A stretch of DNA of 58,514 nucleotides from Bacilli bacterium. GTDB lineage: Bacteria > Bacillota_I > Bacilli_A > JBKEDG01. The notes below the pieces were generated by a model. The model did not search any database. It saw nothing but the letters and a program-made list of their open reading frames with translations, and had not been told where the DNA came from. The DNA lies in the NCBI GenBank assembly GCA_047973085.1, contig JBKEBI010000047.1, positions 1 to 58,514 on the forward strand, written 5' to 3'. Positions 50,229 to 58,514 of this stretch are shown here, one piece after another. Numbering within the stretch: the first letter of the stretch is position 1; each line of letters begins with the position of its first letter. The translations under genes and the position numbers were made by a program.

Positions 50229-52565
50229 CTAAACTAAAATTTCTTTATATACGTCTTGATACTTATCAACTAAAATAATATTCATTTCATCTTTTACTTC
50301 AGATGGAATATCTACTAAATCACGTTCATTTTCTTTTGGAACTATTATTGTTCTTATTCCACTTCTATGAGCACTAATTGTCTTTTCCCTAAGCCCACCT
50401 ATTGGTAACACCTTACCATGAAGAGTAATTTCTCCAGTCATCCCAATATTTCTATTAACTTTACGATTAGTTAAACTAGAAATAATAGCAGTTGTCAAAG
50501 TAATTCCTGCACTTGGTCCATCTTTAGGTACTGCACCTTCAGGTACATGAATATGAATATCGCTTTCTTTAATCAACTCTGTATTCACATTAAATAGCTT
50601 AGAGTTTGACTGAATATAACTTAACGCAATTCGTGCTGATTCCTTCATAACATCTCCTAGTTGGCCAGTTAAAATTACTTTTCCACTACCTTTAAAATAA
50701 TTTGCTTCAATCGGCAAAATATCTCCTCCAAAAGCTGTATATGCAAGACCTGTTACTACTCCAACTGTATCTTTTTCAGCTTTTTTACTATATTTAAATT
50801 TCAGTTTTCCTAAATATTCTTCAATATTTTTATTAGTAATAGTTGTTTTAACTATTTTTTTATTATTAGCTTCTAATTTTGAAATATTTCTAACAGTTTT
50901 TCTACATATTTTAGCAATCTCACGCTCTAGTTGTCTTACTCCAGCCTCTTGCGTATAATGTCTGATAATATATAGTAATGCTGGCTTAGAAATTGACAAG
51001 TCACTACTTTTTAGACCATGATTTTCTAACTGCCTTGGTAGTAGATGCAACTTAGCAATATTTTGTTTTTCAATTTCAGTGTAACCACTTAAATCTATTA
51101 TTTCCATACGGTCTAGCAATGGTCTAGGTATTTGTCCAACATAGTTTGCTGTAGCAATAAACATTACATTACTTAAATCATATTCTTCCTCAAGGTAGTG
51201 ATCACTAAATCTTGAGTTTTGTTCTGGATCAAGCACTTCTAACATTGCACTTGAAGGATCCCCTCTAAAATCGCTTGACATTTTATCAATTTCATCTAGC
51301 AAAAACACTGGATTAGTTGTTTTTGCATTTTTCATTCCTTGAATAATTCTTCCAGGCATACTTCCTAAATATGTTCTTCTATGTCCTCTTATTTCACTTT
51401 CATCACGTACACCACCAAGTGAAACTTTAACAAAATTACGATTTAGAGCTTCAGCAATCCCTTTTGCAAGAGAAGTTTTTCCTGTTCCTGGTGGTCCTAT
51501 TAAACAAATAATTGGACTTTTTAACGAATGTGTACGCTCTTTAACAGCAATATAATCAAGAATTCTTTCTTTAACTTTCTCAAGCCCAAAATGTGATTGA
51601 TCTAGTGACTTTTCAACCTTTAATATATTAGATTCATCTTTACTTTCTTCACTCCATGGAATAGAAATAATCCAGTCCAAATACGTTCTAATTATTGATG
51701 CCTCTTGACTATTTCCTGGCATACTTTCATAGCGTTGTAATTCTGCCATAGCTTTCTCCAAAACTTTAGGAGGAAGTCCTAAGTTTTCAATAACATCTTT
51801 TAATTCTTCAGCATCTACATCTTTTGAACCAGTATCCCCTAATTCTTCTCTAATTGCACGCATTTTTTCGCGTAAATAATATTCTTTTTGAGAATCTTCC
51901 ATTCCTTTTTTTACTTTTTCATTTATTTCTTTTTCTAACTTACTCAACTCTTTTTCTCGTTCTAAATCATTAATCAGCTTTAAAATTCGATCATTTACAT
52001 CCTCAAGTTCATTATATTCTTGAAGCTCTGCTATTGAAGATGGTAAATTAAATGCAATAACATCTACAACAACATCTGCAGTTTCTGACCCAGAAATTCT
52101 TTGCAGCATTTCCTCTGAACTTATTGACAATTTATTTACGTAAACATCAACGTAATTCATTAATTTTCTCATTAAAGCTATTTCTTCATTTTCACTTCTA
52201 ACAACTGTTGGGTGCTCTAATACATCTGCTTCAATATATCCTAAGCTAGATGTATTTGCATTCATTTTTTCAATTTTTGCTCTAGTAATCCCTTTTAGTG
52301 ATACTCTATAGTTCCCATTAGGTAGTGTTATTTTTGAACTTATGTATGCAATAACACCCGCTAAATATGTATTTTCAGTATCAAATTCATCAACAAAAGG
52401 ATCTTTTTGGGTTGTTACAAAGATCTTTCCATCAAATTCACTCCTAGCTGTATCAATTGCTTTTTTACTAAAATCTCTACCTACTTCAAGCTTAACTTCA
52501 TTGTTAGGCATTAAAATTAGACCTCGCATAATTAATACTGGAATATTGTACTTATTATCAGCCAT
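50229..52565 (-). CDS. lon: Lon ATP-dependent protease (likely start MADNK at 52565)
   Basis: GPPGTGKTS, LLDEIDK, PKDGPSAG catalytic Ser. Confidence 0.98.
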   Translation of the reverse strand: MADNKYNIPVLIMRGLILMPNNEVKLEVGRDFSKKAIDTARSEFDGKIFVTTQKDPFVDEFDTENTYLAGVIAYISSKITLPNGNYRVSLKGITRAKIEKMNANTSSLGYIEADVLEHPTVVRSENEEIALMRKLMNYVDVYVNKLSISSEEMLQRISGSETADVVVDVIAFNLPSSIAELQEYNELEDVNDRILKLINDLEREKELSKLEKEINEKVKKGMEDSQKEYYLREKMRAIREELGDTGSKDVDAEELKDVIENLGLPPKVLEKAMAELQRYESMPGNSQEASIIRTYLDWIISIPWSEESKDESNILKVEKSLDQSHFGLEKVKERILDYIAVKERTHSLKSPIICLIGPPGTGKTSLAKGIAEALNRNFVKVSLGGVRDESEIRGHRRTYLGSMPGRIIQGMKNAKTTNPVFLLDEIDKMSSDFRGDPSSAMLEVLDPEQNSRFSDHYLEEEYDLSNVMFIATANYVGQIPRPLLDRMEIIDLSGYTEIEKQNIAKLHLLPRQLENHGLKSSDLSISKPALLYIIRHYTQEAGVRQLEREIAKICRKTVRNISKLEANNKKIVKTTITNKNIEEYLGKLKFKYSKKAEKDTVGVVTGLAYTAFGGDILPIEANYFKGSGKVILTGQLGDVMKESARIALSYIQSNSKLFNVNTELIKESDIHIHVPEGAVPKDGPSAGITLTTAIISSLTNRKVNRNIGMTGEITLHGKVLPIGGLREKTISAHRSGIRTIIVPKENERDLVDIPSEVKDEMNIILVDKYQDVYKEILV

Positions 52566-52633
52566 AAATAACCTCCTTAAAAAATAATTATAAGACAAAT
52601 GAAAATCATTTGCCTTATAATACTATCTAATTA

Positions 52634-53926
52634 TTACTCTTTTGATTCAACTTCTTTTACAGTTGATACTTCTCTTAAAGATTCAAAAGCTTTACGAATT
52701 TTTACACTATTTTCAATTTGTGCATTTCCACCTACAGCTTTTTCAATTTCAGCAACTTCCATCTTATAGATTTCAGCCATTTTTTCAAGTTCAGCAGTAA
52801 CTTCTTCAGCAGTAACTTCTACATTAAACTCTTCAATTAATTTTTCTAAAGTTAACATATGTTTAACACGCTTTTGTGCATCTGGTCTTAATTGCTCTTT
52901 TAAATCTGCTTCAGTAGTTCCTGTTAATTGATAGTATTGATCAAGTGATAAACCTTGTGTACTCATTTGTTGAGCTGTATCGTTTATCATTCTAACAACT
53001 TCTGAATCAATCATTTGACTTGGAATACTTACACTACTATTTTCAGCAACCTTGTCAATTAGCATATCATAAATTGTATTTTCTTTCTGTGAATTAACAT
53101 TATTTTCAATGTCAGTTCTAACAATTGCTTTTAACTCGTCAACAGTTGAAGCTTCAACTTCTAAATCTGCAACAAATTCATCATTTAGTTCAGGTACTTG
53201 ACGAGTTTTAATTTCATTAATTTTAACTTTAAAAACAACTTCTGCTCCAGCAAGATCTTCGCTATGATACTCTTCTGGGAAAGTTAAATTTACATCTTTT
53301 TCTTCACCAATACTCATTCCTTTAACTTCTTCTTCAAATCCTGGAATAAACTGTCCACTTCCAATAACTAAAGGATGATTTTCAGCTGTTCCACCTTCAA
53401 ATGCTACATCATCTTTGAATCCAGCATAGTCGATAACAGCAGTATCTCCATCTTCAACTTTACCTTCTTTAATAATCATTTCTGCATTTTGTTCAAGTAA
53501 TTTTTGAATTTCTGCATCAACTATTTCGTCTGTAACTTTCGTAGTTGGAACTTCAACTTCAATTCCTTTATATTCTCCTAAAGTAAGTTCTGGTGCTACA
53601 GCAAGTGTTGCTGCAATTACTACTCCAGACTCATCAACTTTTTCAATTGAGATTTCTGGATAACTTACTGGTTCAATACCATGTTTTTTAATTTCTTCAG
53701 GATAACTCTTTTCAAGTAAGAAATCTATTGCATCTGTGTATAGACTTTCCTTACCAACTTTTTTTTCAAAAACACTTCTAGGTACTTGTCCTTCTCTGAA
53801 ACCATCAACTTTTATTTTATCTTTGTTTTTATCAAAAGCTTTGTCTAGCGCTTCATTCCAAACTTTCCCATCAAATTCTATTGTTAATACCCCTGTACTA
53901 TCTTCATTTAGTTTCCATGTGCTCAT
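52634..53926 (-). CDS. tig: Trigger factor
   Basis: GFREGQVP ribosome-binding loop, FKBP domain (GSGQFIPGFEE, FPEEYH). Confidence 0.96.
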   Translation of the reverse strand: MSTWKLNEDSTGVLTIEFDGKVWNEALDKAFDKNKDKIKVDGFREGQVPRSVFEKKVGKESLYTDAIDFLLEKSYPEEIKKHGIEPVSYPEISIEKVDESGVVIAATLAVAPELTLGEYKGIEVEVPTTKVTDEIVDAEIQKLLEQNAEMIIKEGKVEDGDTAVIDYAGFKDDVAFEGGTAENHPLVIGSGQFIPGFEEEVKGMSIGEEKDVNLTFPEEYHSEDLAGAEVVFKVKINEIKTRQVPELNDEFVADLEVEASTVDELKAIVRTDIENNVNSQKENTIYDMLIDKVAENSSVSIPSQMIDSEVVRMINDTAQQMSTQGLSLDQYYQLTGTTEADLKEQLRPDAQKRVKHMLTLEKLIEEFNVEVTAEEVTAELEKMAEIYKMEVAEIEKAVGGNAQIENSVKIRKAFESLREVSTVKEVESKE

Positions 53927-54001
53927 AATTTATCCCTCTCTTTCATACCTTTTATATTATAATATAACTTATTTAATGTTTCAAGTGTTAGCACCTGATT
54001 T

Positions 54002-55297
54002 CTAATATATTTCGTAAATAACACCAATTTCTTCATTTTTTTTATCACTAATAACAAAACTCTCTTCTATATTCTTAGTAATGTCGGTAGTTCCTTTTTT
54101 ATTTGCATAGACTTTAGCAATCAAATCACCCTTATCTACATATGAATTTACCTTAGCATACAACACTATTCCAACATTATAATCAATCGAGTCTTCCTTA
54201 GTAAACCTTCCTGCGCCTAAATCTCTTGCAATATTAGCAATTTTTAAGGCATCAATGCTAAAAACATATCCTGAACTACTTGCTTTAATTTCATAAACCT
54301 TTTCAACACTTACAAGATCATAATCTTTCTCAATTGAATCAAAATCTCCACCTTGCATAGTAATAAATGACTTGAAACACTCCAAGGCTTCTTTACTTTC
54401 AAGTTTTTGCTTGATTATTTTCATCGCTTCATCATGCGAAATATCTAAACAATTTGAAACAATACTTGCACAAATTGAAGTAGAAAGTGTATACAAATCT
54501 TCACTGTATTCACCATTTAGAAATTTGTAAGCTTCAATAACTTCAAGTTTATTTCCGATACTATAACCTAAAGGTTGATTCATATCACTTAATACTGCTG
54601 AAGTTTTTTTACCATGACTTCTACCAATACTTACCATTGTCTTAGCAAGCTCTACACTTTTTTCATATGTAGGTAAAATTGCACCATTTCCAACTTTTAC
54701 ATCCAATAGTATTGTATCACTTCCACTTGCAAGTTTTTTACTCATAATGCTTGCAGCAATTAAAGGAATTGAATCCACTGTAGCAGTCACATCACGCAGA
54801 GCATAAATTTTTTTATCAGCAGGTACAAGACCTTTACTTTGACCAATTATTGACAAATTATTTTTTCTTACAATATCCATAAATTCACTATCACTAAGTT
54901 CAATTTTAAAACCAGAAATGCTTTCAAGCTTATCAACAGTTCCTCCTGTATGTCCTAGGCCTCTTCCACTCATTTTGGCCATAACAACACCACAACTTGC
55001 AATGATTGGCCCAATAATTAGGGAAGTTTTATCTCCAACACCCCCAGTTGAATGTTTATCTGCTATATGCTTAAACTCACCCTTAAAATCAATAGTATCT
55101 CCACTATCAATGTATGCTTGAGTTAAATGATGTAATTCATTATCTGTTAAAGAATTTATACATACAGCCATTAAAAATGCACTCATTTGATAATCTTTAA
55201 CATTTTCGTTTACATAACCTTCAATTAAAAATTTAATTTCAGCTTCAGTAAGTTCAATATTCTTCTTTTTTTTATCAATAATATCTAAAGTATTCAT
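54002..55297 (-). CDS. pdp: Pyrimidine-nucleoside/thymidine phosphorylase
   Basis: DKHSTGGVGDK, KMSGRGLGHTGGT.DKLE, LRDVTATV. Confidence 0.96.
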   Translation of the reverse strand: MNTLDIIDKKKKNIELTEAEIKFLIEGYVNENVKDYQMSAFLMAVCINSLTDNELHHLTQAYIDSGDTIDFKGEFKHIADKHSTGGVGDKTSLIIGPIIASCGVVMAKMSGRGLGHTGGTVDKLESISGFKIELSDSEFMDIVRKNNLSIIGQSKGLVPADKKIYALRDVTATVDSIPLIAASIMSKKLASGSDTILLDVKVGNGAILPTYEKSVELAKTMVSIGRSHGKKTSAVLSDMNQPLGYSIGNKLEVIEAYKFLNGEYSEDLYTLSTSICASIVSNCLDISHDEAMKIIKQKLESKEALECFKSFITMQGGDFDSIEKDYDLVSVEKVYEIKASSSGYVFSIDALKIANIARDLGAGRFTKEDSIDYNVGIVLYAKVNSYVDKGDLIAKVYANKKGTTDITKNIEESFVISDKKNEEIGVIYEIY

Positions 55298-56178
55298 TAC
55301 TCATCACCTTCTTCAAAGTTCTCTAAAAAACTGTGCTTTTCTTCACCATGTATCCAGCCAATCACAGTATTTATATTAACATTATAACTTGATTTAAAAA
55401 TAGATTTATCTACATTTGGAAAAACATTTTTTAAATCTGCAATTAGCCTTTTTATTTCAGAACGCTTACTACTAGTTTTTCCAGCAGCAACTCTACAACC
55501 ACAATCCATAAAAGGAATTCCAGTATACTTAGCCCATGAAATTATACGCTCTTCTTCAATAAAATACAAAGGCCTTATAAGTTCCATATCTTCAAAATTT
55601 GTTGCTTTAATTCTTGGCATCATTGACATATAATTACCCGCATATAATACATTTAATAGAATAGTTTCTATCACATCATTAAAATGGTGGCCTAAAGCAA
55701 TTTTATTACATCCCAATTCTTCTGCTTTTGAATATAAAAAACCTCTACGCATCTTAGCACACATATAGCATGGGTATTCTTTTGCAATTTCTTCTACTAC
55801 ATCGAAAATATCAGAATTCATAATATTTACTGGAATATTAAGGTACTTACAATTCTTTTCTAAAAACTCACGATTAACATCATTAAAACCTGGATCCATC
55901 GATAAATATACAAGCTCAAAATTTAAAGGTCCATGTTTTTGAAACTCCTCAAGCAGTTTTGCAAGTAATAAACTGTCTTTTCCACCACTTATACAAACAG
56001 CTATCTTGTCACCATTTTTTATTAATTCAAACTCTTTAACAGCTTTACAAAAAGGAGCCCATAAATGTTTACGGTATTTTTTTATTATAGAACGTTCAAT
56101 ATCCATAAGTTCAACTTTTTCGTATTCATCATATGAATTAAATTGCATATTACATGAATTAGCCATTATTAAACTCAC
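55297..56178 (-). CDS. TtcA-family PP-loop tRNA thiolation protein
   Basis: SGGKDS, CYMC..MRRG, LGHH.ND, IRPL, CGC. Confidence 0.85.
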   Translation of the reverse strand: MSLIMANSCNMQFNSYDEYEKVELMDIERSIIKKYRKHLWAPFCKAVKEFELIKNGDKIAVCISGGKDSLLLAKLLEEFQKHGPLNFELVYLSMDPGFNDVNREFLEKNCKYLNIPVNIMNSDIFDVVEEIAKEYPCYMCAKMRRGFLYSKAEELGCNKIALGHHFNDVIETILLNVLYAGNYMSMMPRIKATNFEDMELIRPLYFIEEERIISWAKYTGIPFMDCGCRVAAGKTSSKRSEIKRLIADLKNVFPNVDKSIFKSSYNVNINTVIGWIHGEEKHSFLENFEEGDE

Positions 56179-57106
56179 CTACTCTATTTTTAAGTTCTTC
56201 AATGAGCTTTAAAACTCTATCTAAATTTTTCATTCTAACTCCACTCGCATAAATATGTCCACCACCACCAAACATGGCAGCAACATCATTTATAACTGGT
56301 CCCCTAGAACGAATATTAACACGATAATTATCATTTTGTTTATCTTCTGTAATAAAAACCCAGACATCAAATTCAGCGATATTATTCAATTCTCCAATTA
56401 AATTTGAAGAAGTAGCTATATCAACATTATTTTTCTTAATATCATCTGCAGTTAAAATAATATATCCTACACGCTCTTCTACTTTTAAACTACACAGAAT
56501 ATATCCAAAATACTGTACTTCCTTAAAACTCCTACGGTACAACTTATCATAAACATTTTTAAAATTTACTCCAGATTTTTTCATTTCTGCAGCTACATTG
56601 AATGTTTCATTTGTTGTACTTGGAAATAAGAATCTGTTTGTATCTGCAACTATTCCTGCTAAAATTAATTCTTTAGCTTGATTACTCAATGAAAACTCAT
56701 TACTAAACTCACTATAAAAATCATAAATCATTTCAGAAGTTGAAGATTTATTACTATCAACCCAATTGATATTGCCATAATCATCTTCTACAGGATGGTG
56801 ATCAATTTTAATAATACAATCTCCAATTTCCCATCTAGAATCATCAATTCTTTCATGATTAGCTGTATCTGTAACAATAATTAAAGCATCTTCAAAGTTA
56901 TGATCTTTCAACCTACTATGAGCTTTAAAATATGATAATCTTTCTGGAAAAACTCCAGTAACATAGACTTCTTTTTCTGGAAAATTCTCAGTGATTAAAT
57001 AGTACATCCCCATTTGTGAACCCATTGCATCAGGATCTGGACTAACATGACGATGAATAACGATTTTATTATAATCTTTAATTTTTTGTAATATTTCAGT
57101 TTTCAT
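56159..57106 (-). CDS. nrnA: Bifunctional oligoribonuclease/pAp phosphatase (DHH family)
   Basis: H..PDPDA.GS, IDHH, DT, GGGGH..ASG. Confidence 0.93.
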   Translation of the reverse strand: MKTEILQKIKDYNKIVIHRHVSPDPDAMGSQMGMYYLITENFPEKEVYVTGVFPERLSYFKAHSRLKDHNFEDALIIVTDTANHERIDDSRWEIGDCIIKIDHHPVEDDYGNINWVDSNKSSTSEMIYDFYSEFSNEFSLSNQAKELILAGIVADTNRFLFPSTTNETFNVAAEMKKSGVNFKNVYDKLYRRSFKEVQYFGYILCSLKVEERVGYIILTADDIKKNNVDIATSSNLIGELNNIAEFDVWVFITEDKQNDNYRVNIRSRGPVINDVAAMFGGGGHIYASGVRMKNLDRVLKLIEELKNRVGEFNNG

Positions 57107-57120
57107 TAGTAATAGCCTCC

Positions 57121-58514
57121 TTACTTTTTAGCTACTTGCGTAATAACTTTGGTTTTATTAACCTTTCTAAGTTTCAAAACATCATCTCTATATTTATTTG
57201 GAATACTAAAGAATGAGAATTCTCCTTTTATTACAATATCACTTATTTCATTTTCATCTATGTCAAATCCATTTTTTAGTGCACCAACAATATGTTTAAC
57301 TTTAATTTTATCACGTTTTCCAGCACTTACAAAAATTCTTACATTATCACCAGATTTTTTTGATTTTTTAGACTTTTTCTTTTCTTTTCCCATATTTAAA
57401 AACTTGTCTTTAATATCAGAAAAATCAGATTTAGAAAATTTATCATTAATCAATGCATATGCGATATCTTTATATGAATAACCTTCCTCTATTAATGCTT
57501 GAAAATATTTATTATCTTCAATATTAGTTAATTCAAGATTATTTGTATAATTAAAAATTCTTTGCTCATTAACATCATCTTTATGTGGAATAGGAATTTT
57601 TGTAATTGTCGCTTTTGTATATTTACAAAGTTGATCAACCTTATATGCTTGTTTATCAGTCACAAAAGTGTAACTCTTTCCTTTTCTACCTGCTCTCCCA
57701 GTTCTTCCAATTCTATGTACATAGTATTCATAGTCATCCGGGAAATCAAAGTTATATACAACTCCAATCATTTCAATATCAATTCCTCTTGCAGCTACAT
57801 CAGTAGCAACAAGTACATCTAAAATACCCTTTTTCATTTTATTCATTACTTTTTCACGTTGTTCTTGAGTTAAATCTCCATGCAACGCTTCAGCAATAAA
57901 TCCACGACTTTGTAATGCAGCAACAGTTTCATCAACTTTTCTTTTAGTATTACAAAAAACAATGGAAGTTGTATTGTTAAGATATAAAAATCTTTTTAAA
58001 ACTTCCACTTTATCATCATTTCTAACTCTAACATATAACTGTTCAATTGTATCTATTGTTTGTCGAACAACATCTTGCTTAATACTAACTGGATTTGTTA
58101 AATAAGATTTTGAAAGAGCAACAACTTTACTAGGATATGTAGCAGAGAAAAATAAAGTTTGTCTATCATTTGGTAAATAAGTTAGAATAGTTTCTAATTC
58201 TTCCTTAAACCCTATTGAAATCATCTCATCTGCTTCATCTAAAACAACTGTTTCAATTCCACGTGCTACAATAGTTCTACGCTTTAAGTGATCAATTAAG
58301 CGTCCAGGTGTAGCTATAACAATCTGAGGTTTCATCTTCAACTTCTTAATTTGTTCTCCAATGTGTTGACCACCATATACACATACAGCATTAACTTCTC
58401 CCATATACTTAATATATTTTTCTACTTCATTATATACTTGCATACTAAGTTCTCTTGTTGGACAAATAATCAATGCTTGCTGTTTTTTTTCAAAACTAAT
58501 TTTCTCAAGAATAG
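57121..58514 (-). CDS. DEAD-box RNA helicase with C-terminal DbpA-type RNA-binding domain (5' end outside the window)
   Basis: PTRE, TPGR, DEAD, SAT, ARGID, HRIGRTGRAG. Confidence 0.96.
   Translation of the reverse strand, partial: ILEKISFEKKQQALIICPTRELSMQVYNEVEKYIKYMGEVNAVCVYGGQHIGEQIKKLKMKPQIVIATPGRLIDHLKRRTIVARGIETVVLDEADEMISIGFKEELETILTYLPNDRQTLFFSATYPSKVVALSKSYLTNPVSIKQDVVRQTIDTIEQLYVRVRNDDKVEVLKRFLYLNNTTSIVFCNTKRKVDETVAALQSRGFIAEALHGDLTQEQREKVMNKMKKGILDVLVATDVAARGIDIEMIGVVYNFDFPDDYEYYVHRIGRTGRAGRKGKSYTFVTDKQAYKVDQLCKYTKATITKIPIPHKDDVNEQRIFNYTNNLELTNIEDNKYFQALIEEGYSYKDIAYALINDKFSKSDFSDIKDKFLNMGKEKKKSKKSKKSGDNVRIFVSAGKRDKIKVKHIVGALKNGFDIDENEISDIVIKGEFSFFSIPNKYRDDVLKLRKVNKTKVITQVAKK

Noticed and set aside
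999-57822. Many 60-126 aa ORFs antisense to or nested in long genes (e.g. 999-1214, 14157-14480, 45529-45909, 57149-57481)
   Set aside because: These are shadow frames of well-supported genes with no motifs of their own.

Overview
58.5 kb of a very AT-rich, gene-dense chromosome read with the standard genetic code (table 11). It looks like a reduced Bacilli/Mollicutes-adjacent lineage. Almost all genes are on the minus strand and most are housekeeping: DEAD-box helicase, nrnA, ttcA-like, pdp, tig, lon, uppS-cdsA-dxr-rseP-proS, priA-fmt-rlmN-stp-pknB-rsgA-rpe-thiN, ackA, rimM-trmD-lepB-glmU-prs, tex, lgt, whiA, ispG, dps. The accessory part is about 10-17 kb. It holds a ~4.6 kb integrated element bounded by an 80-bp direct repeat that includes the 3' end of a tRNA. 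The element carries a BcgI-like two-subunit restriction-modification pair and a tyrosine integrase with two lesions (a frameshift and loss of a catalytic Arg). The most striking signal is the target tRNA (16824-16900, minus strand). It has a complete tRNA-Pro body, a near-consensus promoter, an encoded CCA and a terminator, but a threonine anticodon (UGU). It is a candidate Pro-for-Thr mistranslating tRNA, a decaying copy or a base-call error. Other notable items are an Lgt-Nudix fusion, a probable ATT start for ispG, a ProRS without its editing domain, a Xer-like site and a probable IS1182 end at the left edge. All calls come from motif recognition and reading the sequence; no searches were run.
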